A stretch of 32,000 nucleotides of DNA from Shewanella sp. Choline-02u-19. Its GTDB lineage: Bacteria > Pseudomonadota > Gammaproteobacteria > Enterobacterales > Shewanellaceae. Below the pieces are notes generated by a model that did not search any database, was not told the DNA's origin, and worked only from the letters and a program-made list of their open reading frames with translations. Below, one piece after another: positions 20,713-27,579 of this stretch. The stretch covers positions 2,244,051 to 2,276,050 of the forward strand of contig NZ_PJBE01000013.1 in NCBI RefSeq assembly GCF_002836205.1. The letters run 5' to 3'. Each line of letters opens with the position of its first letter. Position 1 is the stretch's first letter. Made by a program: the position numbers and the translations under genes.

Positions 20713-21228
20713 TTAACTTTGCTCCTGTACTGACAGCACTTTACTCATTAAATAACCCATTATAATTTGACCGCGCTTTTCTTGATAACTGCGATGGTGG
20801 AGTCTAAAGCCATGAGAGAGAAACAGCGGTTTTGAAAGCTTAGAAGCATCCACTGACAAGTTACTGATATTGGCGGAAGTCGCCCAAGTTTGTAATTGCG
20901 TGAAAAGTGCAGTGGCGATCCCCCGATGTTGATAATCAGGGTGGACATAGAGACTGTCAATATAGCCACGAGTATTAAAATGAGTCTCAAGGTTGACCAA
21001 ACCGCAACAAAAAGGCACACCTTGTACATCACGTTCATCATCGATCATTAGCCAAGCTTTTGATCGTGATAGCCTTTTGTGCCAATGGTAGCCGGAACGA
21101 GGCGAAGATGACCAAGCTTGTTTCTCTGCTATAGAGTAAACATCATCGGCGATAACATTAATGGCCAGATGAAATAAGTGGCTAACTTGGACCGCATAAC
21201 ACTTGCTATAAGGAATAATTCTGAGCAT
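20713..21228 (-). CDS. GNAT family N-acetyltransferase, YafP-like (tandem paralogue)
   Basis: Start trimmed to the ATG at 21228. It shares blocks with the downstream GNAT: LFHLAI/LFHLSI, QAWSSSPRS/AVWSQAPRS, HPDYQHRGIATALF/HPDFTGRGVATALY, and MSKVL in both. Confidence 0.75.
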   Translation of the reverse strand: MLRIIPYSKCYAVQVSHLFHLAINVIADDVYSIAEKQAWSSSPRSGYHWHKRLSRSKAWLMIDDERDVQGVPFCCGLVNLETHFNTRGYIDSLYVHPDYQHRGIATALFTQLQTWATSANISNLSVDASKLSKPLFLSHGFRLHHRSYQEKRGQIIMGYLMSKVLSVQEQS

Positions 21229-21281
21229 GGCAATCAATCAAACGAAACAATAGCGTTATTTTGCGCTAGTTCATGACAAAA

Positions 21282-21315
21282 GAAAACGGCGCAGACAAAG
21301 TCTGCACCGTTTTCT
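21282..21315 (-). terminator. Rho-independent terminator downstream of the small secreted-protein gene
   Basis: GAAAACGGCGCAGAC-aaa-GTCTGCACCGTTTTC forms a 15-bp stem. The one mismatch is C/A on the plus strand and a G-U wobble in minus-strand RNA, where a UUUUCUUUUG tail follows. Confidence 0.75.
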
Positions 21316-21360
21316 TATACTGTGATACCAGTTGAGCTCTTAGCTACAACCAGACCCGTA

Positions 21361-21663
21361 TTACTTCTTGTCGATACTGCCAACAAACAATAGCTTGTCA
21401 AAAGTACGATTTAACGTTTTGCTGGCAAAGTCGCTCATCCACATCTGCTCTTGAACAACGACGTTATCGCCTTTCTTAACTTCAATTTGTGGACCCGCTG
21501 CCCAAAATGTTTGGTCAGCTTCTTTAATCTGTACATAGGTATAACCGCCGCCATTCATAGTATCCATGACAGTACCTTCATGCATAACACCTTGAGCCCA
21601 AGCGCTAGACATACCAAGAGCCAGTGTTGCTGCTGCAGCCAATTTAACTATTTTAGCTATCAT
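21361..21663 (-). CDS. small secreted/periplasmic protein of unknown function (100 aa)
   Basis: Sec signal peptide MIAKIVKLAAAATLALGMSSAWA|QG. RBS AAGGA upstream and its own terminator downstream. The mature ~75 aa part contains a GGGYTYVQI...FWAAGP...KGD pattern. No confident family call. Confidence 0.6.
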   Translation of the reverse strand: MIAKIVKLAAAATLALGMSSAWAQGVMHEGTVMDTMNGGGYTYVQIKEADQTFWAAGPQIEVKKGDNVVVQEQMWMSDFASKTLNRTFDKLLFVGSIDKK

Positions 21664-21857
21664 CGGAAATTTCCTTTCAAAGTTATCAATTCAAATATAT
21701 TAAAGCATGCAATAAAGCATAAATCTCTAATACTCTTCACTAATCATAACCTAATCTCCAACTATTAGACGCAACTCTCATTCCAAAGGAAATTTAGCCC
21801 TATCACGGAACTTTTTTAAGAAGCAATTAATACCCATTGCATTAAGTAATAAATCGG

Positions 21858-22085
21858 TCACCTTGCCCGTTTTACCTTGTCGAGCAGGGGTTGCAACATA
21901 CCTTCAAGCCCATTGAGCTTCACTTCATACATTAACGCCAGTTGCTGCCCCAGCTTGCCCTCAGGAAAACCTTTTGAGTGAAACCACACCAAGTATGGCT
22001 CTGGTAATTCGAGTAAATAGCGCCCAGCATATTTGCCAAAGGGCATTTTCTGGCTAATCGCTTCTTGTAATAATGTCTCATCCAC
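21858..22085 (-). CDS. DUF3820-like small protein
   Basis: MPFGKYAGRYLLELPEPYLVWFHSKGFPEGKLGQQLALMYEVKLNGLEG matches my recollection of the DUF3820 family. The start is uncertain: GTG at 22085 or the internal ATG 13 codons in. Confidence 0.6.
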   Translation of the reverse strand: MDETLLQEAISQKMPFGKYAGRYLLELPEPYLVWFHSKGFPEGKLGQQLALMYEVKLNGLEGMLQPLLDKVKRAR

Positions 22086-22410
22086 TGTGCTGCATCCGTG
22101 TTTATGACTGCTGCTGATTCATCGGCAAAGCCTAACATGGAGTAGGATTCAAAGGCGTCATTTTTTATAACGCGCTTATCGCTTTACATTCTCGAGCACT
22201 GAATGGGTACTAAGTGGTTATGACCCACGAACCCAATATAATCAATTAGTATATAAGTAATAGATAAAGGTCACTTTTGAAATATTAAACTTAAGAGTGA
22301 TAACGATATTACCTAACTACTGGGTAAACACACCCGTTTAGACTACATATTTACGCCCTAAAAACCACCTAAGCCACTAATAAAATTAACAAACAAGCTT
22401 AGTAAGCCTT

Positions 22411-22500
22411 TTCACTGACTGAAGTGTCAAAAAACCAACGAAAGCGCTTTTTTTGTCAAAAATACTTCATCAGTCAATTGAAATAAAAGTGTCAAAAATC
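22411..22500. promoter_or_regulatory. iteron-like repeats upstream of the ParA-like gene (candidate operator or centromere-like site)
   Basis: TGTCAAAAA begins at 22425, 22454 and 22490 (spacing 29 and 36 bp). The first and third copies sit in longer imperfect repeats: TTCACTGACTGAAGTGTCAAAAA and TTCATCAGTCAATTGAAATAAAAGTGTCAAAAA. Confidence 0.5.
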
Positions 22501-22652
22501 ATACCGTTGACCTTAAGCCTATCGCAGCCTAAATTAATGTTACAGCTGTTGCATTGGGTGACAGAAGTTAATAAAGCTATCCCAATAAAACCAGTGCGCA
22601 TCCAGCAGCTTCTTAACAGTCAGATAAATAAACGCGTACTTGAGGAAAAAGC

Positions 22653-23396
22653 ATGATTATATTAGTTGGTGGTGAAAAAGGCGGTAGTGGTAAAAGCTGT
22701 TTAGCGCAAAATATTGCCGTTTTCTTAACAGCAGAATGCCAAGCTTCAGTGATTATGGTTGATTGCGATCCTCAACGTACCACTTCAGACTGGATCCATG
22801 CCAGAAATAACAACCCAGAATTACCCAGTATCAACTGCGTACAGTTATACGGAAAAATACGTAATGACTTACTCAGTCTTGAGCAACACTATGACTATGT
22901 CATTGTTGATTGTGGTGGCCAGGACAACCTCGCCCTTCGCGCAACAATGTCAGTAGCATCACATGTACTCATGCCGCTCAGACCTAAACGCCGAGACCTT
23001 AAAACCGTGAGTCATATGGATGATATTGTCGCAACATGTATGATGATTAACCCAAAAATGCGCGCAACATTTGTCATAACCCAATGCCCTAGTTTACCTA
23101 ACCAAGCTAACCGTATTTTAGAAGCTAAAGAAGTGTGTAAAACCTATGACATCAACGTTCTTGATGCCATTACTTATAGCCGAAACATCTATGATGACAG
23201 TGAAGAGTCAGGCTTATCTGTGTTGGAAATTGAACCACAGGGTAAAGCTGCCAACGAGATCCGTGGTATAGCCACCGAAATGCTACAAGTGACTAATGCA
23301 ACAGAGATACGCAATCGTATCGCCGAAAAACAGATGAAAAAGATGAGAGGTGAATATGGGTCTGACAGATCTCAAGAAAAACTCTACGCTGTCTAA
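22653..23396 (+). CDS. ParA/MinD-superfamily ATPase (small, type Ib-like; VirC1/ParF-like architecture)
   Basis: Deviant Walker A GGEKGGSGKS at residues 6-15. DCDPQ, and VIVDCGG (Walker B/A'). 247 aa with no N-terminal HTH. RBS GAGGA lies 6 nt before the ATG. Confidence 0.85.
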   Translation: MIILVGGEKGGSGKSCLAQNIAVFLTAECQASVIMVDCDPQRTTSDWIHARNNNPELPSINCVQLYGKIRNDLLSLEQHYDYVIVDCGGQDNLALRATMSVASHVLMPLRPKRRDLKTVSHMDDIVATCMMINPKMRATFVITQCPSLPNQANRILEAKEVCKTYDINVLDAITYSRNIYDDSEESGLSVLEIEPQGKAANEIRGIATEMLQVTNATEIRNRIAEKQMKKMRGEYGSDRSQEKLYAV

Positions 23397-23811
23397 GTCT
23401 ACTCATCATAAAATCCAGACATCTCAGTTAGCGTTAGATGATTTAATTGATGATTTCATCAATGATGCTAACCGCTATGCTGTCGGAGAAGCGCAACTTG
23501 CTCCCTCAACAAATAAGGTGATTGAGCTAAACTTTAACAAGCACCCATTGAATTTGTCTGCATTGAATGTTCTCGCTGACGATGTGTCCGTTGTAGCAAA
23601 ATCGGCAACGGTTAAAAGAATAACAAAAGGAAATGCTCCGTTTAGAAAATCAACATTCACATTGAGTGAATCTGCCATTGCCCATCTGGCAACCTTGGCT
23701 GATGACGGTGATGTTGCCAAGTCAAAACTAGTGCGCTTTTTAATTGAACATCATTTTAATAAGACACAACAAGAGAGAAAAGAAATAGAGAAAAGTATTA
23801 TTGTAGAGTAA
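23356..23811 (+). CDS. putative ribbon-helix-helix DNA-binding partner of the ParA-like ATPase (151 aa)
   Basis: ATG at 23356 follows GAGAGG and overlaps the ParA-like gene end by 41 nt. The C-terminal segment KSTFTLSESAIAHLATLADDGDVAKSKLVRFLIEHHF fits a beta-alpha-alpha RHH pattern. The N-terminus is basic (MGLTDLKKN). The fold is inferred, not verified. Confidence 0.55.
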   Translation: MGLTDLKKNSTLSKSTHHKIQTSQLALDDLIDDFINDANRYAVGEAQLAPSTNKVIELNFNKHPLNLSALNVLADDVSVVAKSATVKRITKGNAPFRKSTFTLSESAIAHLATLADDGDVAKSKLVRFLIEHHFNKTQQERKEIEKSIIVE

Positions 23812-23827
23812 CCACCCTCCCAACTTA

Positions 23828-23877
23828 GCTGGCAGAAATGGAAACGTTTTTAATTATTGATCTGTCAGCCTTTTTTT
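23828..23877 (+). terminator. possible terminator after the ParA-like/RHH pair
   Basis: GCTGGCAGA (23828-23836) pairs with TCTGTCAGC (23861-23869), with one G-U wobble on the plus strand, and is followed by T7 (23871-23877). The 24-nt loop is unusually long. Confidence 0.4.
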
Positions 23878-24033
23878 ATCCTATCAAGACTCCATCAACT
23901 GCTTATTTCCCATAAAAAATCCCGATATTGCACTTTTATCGTTGAATTCCAACTGCCTAGTCCACATATCATTAACATTAGCCACATTATCGGTAACGAG
24001 GATCTTGGCTTCACATGTTAATTAGGGATTCTG

Positions 24034-24858
24034 ATGCTTGCGATTTTATTGATATTACTCATTAGCGGTAGCGCTATTTTTTGGATTGTTAGTCGAACAT
24101 GGCGTGCCAACCGGCGCAGAAAAATGCTGACTCAAGCGCCCTTTCCCCAGGCTTGGCGTGTCATTCTAAAAAAGCGAATCCCCTTTTTCCGCTCACTTCC
24201 TACAGATCTGCAACTGCAGCTGAAAAAACATATCCAGGTGTTTATTGCAGAGAAACAGTTTGTTGGGTGTGACGGTCTAGAAATTGATGATGATATTCGC
24301 GTGACGGTGGCAGCCCAAGCATGCTTGCTGCTACTCAACCGCAAAACTGACTTCTACCCACACTTAAAAGAGATCCTTATCTATCCATCCGTATTTGTCG
24401 TTAACAATGAACAACGCGATGCAAATGGCCTAGTGTCAGAGCGCAGTCGAGTTCTCTCGGGGGAGTCATGGCAGCATGGCAAAGTGATCCTATCGTGGCA
24501 AACCACCAAAGAGGGCGCAGCAGTGCCTGATGATGGCAGTAACGTGGTCATTCATGAGTTTGCTCACCAACTTGACCAAGAGGACGGTAATGCTAACGGC
24601 GCGCCTATATTAACCCGAACACAAGACTATGCATCTTGGTCAGCCGTAATGATGCAGGAGTACCAACAATTAGTTGAAGCCAGCCAACTGCAGCAATATT
24701 CATTATTTAGCTATTACGGTGCAACCAATCCCGCTGAGTTTTTTGCTGTGATTAGTGAAGTATTCTTCGAACAACCTCAAGCGTTTATAACCCAACATTC
24801 AGCGCTATATAAGGAGTTGAGCACTTTTTATAAGCTCGATCCTGTAAACTGGCAGTAG
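24034..24858 (+). CDS. mtfA: MtfA-like zinc metallopeptidase (peptidase M90 / DUF980) with N-terminal hydrophobic segment
   Basis: VVIHEFAHQLD (HExxH) and NPAEFFAVISEVFFEQP parallel E. coli MtfA IIHEVAHKLD and PAECFAVLSEYFF. The N-terminal LAILLILLISGSAIFWIV looks like a TM anchor. Confidence 0.8.
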   Translation: MLAILLILLISGSAIFWIVSRTWRANRRRKMLTQAPFPQAWRVILKKRIPFFRSLPTDLQLQLKKHIQVFIAEKQFVGCDGLEIDDDIRVTVAAQACLLLLNRKTDFYPHLKEILIYPSVFVVNNEQRDANGLVSERSRVLSGESWQHGKVILSWQTTKEGAAVPDDGSNVVIHEFAHQLDQEDGNANGAPILTRTQDYASWSAVMMQEYQQLVEASQLQQYSLFSYYGATNPAEFFAVISEVFFEQPQAFITQHSALYKELSTFYKLDPVNWQ

Positions 24859-25078
24859 GACTGTAGACCTATCGCACTAATTTTTGCGATCCTTTGTGAT
24901 GTAGCATAATGTATTCGTATCAGACTTAAGCGATGGCACCTAACGGGCTAAATGACATAACGCCCAGCTTGCTAAAACGGCGGCAAAAACAACCGTGAAA
25001 GAGCAATAGCCCCTAATACATTATTGAAAATACAATCGATGAGATGCACTAAAACAAAACCAATATCATGAGGGATTT

Positions 25079-25576
25079 ATGTTTAACCTACACCATAGAA
25101 CATCAACATTATGGCGAGCAACACTATTAACATTGCTATTATTTGGATTCAATGCCGCTGCGCAAACAAGCAGCCAAAATGATGATAAGCAACAAGCAGC
25201 AGCCCTTCTGGACCACCTTAATATCTATTCAGCTAATGCTGATTGGGACAACTATTTTGACCTGTACGCTGACAATGGCATATTTATCGGTACAGATGTC
25301 AATGAACACTGGGATAAGGCGACATTTGAGCAATATGCGCGACCCACAAAAGGTTGGCGTTATGACTTAACCAGCCGAGTAATGACTCAGCATGGGGAGG
25401 TTATCTGGTTTGATGAAATTCTTAATAGCGCATCTTACGGAGTGAGCCGTGGCACAGGCACTTTGATAAAGACTGAACAGGGTTGGAAAATTGCCCAATA
25501 TCATTTGAGCTTTCCCATTCCAAATGACATTGCAAAATCGATTACAACGCAAATAATTGCAGCTGACGCCCCTTAG
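25079..25576 (+). CDS. secreted NTF2-like (SnoaL/DUF4440-type) protein
   Basis: Signal peptide ...LLTLLLFGFNAAA|QT. RBS GAGGG. Size and the W/Y-rich alpha+beta pattern (EQGWKIAQYHLSFPIPN) suggest the NTF2 fold. The function call is tentative. Confidence 0.55.
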   Translation: MFNLHHRTSTLWRATLLTLLLFGFNAAAQTSSQNDDKQQAAALLDHLNIYSANADWDNYFDLYADNGIFIGTDVNEHWDKATFEQYARPTKGWRYDLTSRVMTQHGEVIWFDEILNSASYGVSRGTGTLIKTEQGWKIAQYHLSFPIPNDIAKSITTQIIAADAP

Positions 25577-25653
25577 CATAACGATAGCGCTTTAGAGTAT
25601 GGGGGTACACGTCCCAATTAACATTGAGAGCGTCAACTAAAAAAGTAAAAAGG

Positions 25654-27129
25654 CTACTTAACTGCAGCAGAAAAACAGACATTGGAAAGTTCAGCAAAAT
25701 GGCTAAAACCTACAAAATCCTCTTTGCTCAAGCGCCTTCCTGAAGTGTCTTTGTCGGCATATAAAACGCCAATCACCGTATGGTTCATAATCAAGGGCGC
25801 AACCATAAAGCCTGAAGGTGACGTCAATGCCCTTAATGTATCATCCATATAAAGCCGCCATTTACTTGAATGTGGATTATCAACAAACAGCGCACTCTTG
25901 ATTTGAATAGACTCTTGAAACAGATTTTTATCTCCATTGAGATCGATAGTAAAATTGTTTTTCATCTCAGCTGCACCGTCGCCTAATACGATACGCGGCT
26001 GCAATGCCTTGCGGTTTGGGGTGAGCAACAACACCGCACATCGGTCAACCCCCACACCTTTTAACACTCCCTGAAGCGTTATCGACAAGACCTGGTTGAA
26101 ATCAGCCTTGTTCAACGCACATTGCGTTAATGCCCGTAGACACTTTAACTGTTCAAACACATCGGCAGCTCTTATTACAGGCTGAGGCTCAGGGACATTG
26201 TGCTCAAGAATAAGTTGGTTTACATCTGGTAAAAAATCAATTAATACATGGGCGCCGTAAGCATCCGCCATGATTTCCGTGGCTTTATGACAGCGGATCA
26301 TGCGCGCTTTTAATTCATCAATTTCAATATTTAAAATATTGGCAGTTTGTTTTAAGCGTTTAGATAATTCCAGTATCGATGGCGGTGTTTGCGACAGAAG
26401 CTGGCTAAGTTTGTTGGCAAGAAAGATACTGCGAATTTCAGGGGTACGTTCATCAGGCTGACTAAGCGATTTTATCAATACACTGCCTAACCCCCAGCTA
26501 CGAGCGATACCGGCTGAAAGTTGTTGAAAGCTAGTGCCTAAAACCTCCCTAACAGCCTTGTCACGCTCCACTGTCGATTGGCATTTATTGAGCTTGGCGT
26601 CTAACACTAAGGTTTCTGCACAACCAGTCCCCCAAAAAGCGCTCTCTCCGATATGATAAAGAAGTGAAGCGATAAAGACCTCCTCTTGCAACTCCTCATC
26701 ATGATCGTGCATCAGCATTTTGGTTAACATCGCCGCCTGAAAAGCCTGCGCCATTAAACCCAGTAGACGTTTATAAACCCCTTCAGACAAACCTTCAGTT
26801 TCCAGTAGGCTACTCAGTAACTTTGCAGTAATACAGATATTCTTTATCGCATCAAAACCCAGTACTACCGCCGCCTTACTGACCGTGGTCACCTGAGTGA
26901 TGCCTTTACTGTAGGTGACGCTATTGGCCACTCGTAAAATTCGCGATGTAAGCGCGTTATCATGCATCACGCTTTGACCTAATATCGCCAGCGAAGAAAT
27001 ATCATCTTTAGCCAGTTTTTCTAACGTTTTAACTGTCGAGCATAGTGCAGGCATCTCCTGCTCACTGATCCTGTGCGTCCAATAGTCCGCACCTCTTAAC
27101 TTAGTATCTTGTATGCTGTTAGCTTTCAA
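25654..27129 (-). CDS. HDOD domain signalling protein with C-terminal GAF domain
   Basis: The N-terminal HDOD pattern reads MPALCSTVKTLEKLAKDD...LTSRILRVANSVTYS...AVVLGFDAIKN. The C-terminal GAF-like region reads VGVDRCAVLLL...MVAPLIMNHTVIGVLYADK. The ORF opens with TTG, so the true start is uncertain. Confidence 0.8.
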   Translation of the reverse strand: MKANSIQDTKLRGADYWTHRISEQEMPALCSTVKTLEKLAKDDISSLAILGQSVMHDNALTSRILRVANSVTYSKGITQVTTVSKAAVVLGFDAIKNICITAKLLSSLLETEGLSEGVYKRLLGLMAQAFQAAMLTKMLMHDHDEELQEEVFIASLLYHIGESAFWGTGCAETLVLDAKLNKCQSTVERDKAVREVLGTSFQQLSAGIARSWGLGSVLIKSLSQPDERTPEIRSIFLANKLSQLLSQTPPSILELSKRLKQTANILNIEIDELKARMIRCHKATEIMADAYGAHVLIDFLPDVNQLILEHNVPEPQPVIRAADVFEQLKCLRALTQCALNKADFNQVLSITLQGVLKGVGVDRCAVLLLTPNRKALQPRIVLGDGAAEMKNNFTIDLNGDKNLFQESIQIKSALFVDNPHSSKWRLYMDDTLRALTSPSGFMVAPLIMNHTVIGVLYADKDTSGRRLSKEDFVGFSHFAELSNVCFSAAVK

Positions 27130-27328
27130 ATGCGACTCTACTTATGGCAACTTAAGCGGCCAAACGTCTATGTAGGATATAGCGCTTTTTACGGGTTATT
27201 TTCAGCGCTGACTTTAGCAGTCTAATAGCATTAATTGTATACGAAATCGGCGTAGAATGCAGGATTCACTGGCCTTACGGCGACGTTTAACTGACATTTA
27301 TGGTGAATATGGGAGGCTTAAGAAGAAT

Positions 27329-27354
27329 AAAAAAATGCGACCCCGGAGGGCCGC
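27329..27354 (-). terminator. second (distal) Rho-independent terminator downstream of aceB
   Basis: Minus-strand RNA reads GCGGCCC-uccg-GGGUCGC followed by U7. The single non-Watson-Crick pair is a G-U on the minus strand but an A/C mismatch on the plus strand. Confidence 0.65.
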
Positions 27355-27413
27355 CAATCACAAACGTAAACAGTCATCACCATACTGGGAAGCAGGAGAG
27401 TACTCTTTTTATT

Positions 27414-27448
27414 AAAAACCCGCATAGTACGTAGGAATACTACGCGGG
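27414..27448 (-). terminator. first Rho-independent terminator downstream of aceB
   Basis: Minus-strand RNA reads CCCGCGUAGUA-8 nt-UACUAUGCGGG followed by U5. The central pair is a G-U on the minus strand but A/C on the plus strand. Confidence 0.65.
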
Positions 27449-27579
27449 GGACACAAGCCGCAAAAGGCAGCCAAACTGTAAAACCAATCAGCAACTAACA
27501 CTTTGTAAAACTGAAATTTTAAACCCTATTTTACATTCAATCTTTAAATGCACTGTTAACCTATTCTGTAAAATAAAAC

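Noticed and set aside
21932-22138. 68-aa alternate-frame ORF overlapping the DUF3820-like gene.
   Set aside because: The overlapping frame (21858-22085) carries the recognisable MPFGKY...LPEPYLVWF motif and this frame does not.
22453-22656. 67-aa TTG-initiated ORF covering the iterons and ending in an ATGA overlap with the ParA-like start.
   Set aside because: It has a TTG start with no SD, the internal ATG at 22537 also lacks an SD, and the sequence is AT-rich leader DNA full of repeats. The ATGA overlap is suggestive but insufficient. I treat the region as regulatory. A small upstream regulator cannot be fully excluded.
27170-27440. Cluster of plus-strand GGA motifs, two of them in hairpin loops, resembling a CsrB/RsmZ-type CsrA-sponge RNA.
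   Set aside because: There are only ~7 GGA in ~270 nt, roughly twice random expectation. Both hairpins pair better on the minus strand (G-U versus A/C) and have U-tails only on the minus strand, where the motif reads UCC. No plus-strand terminator is present.
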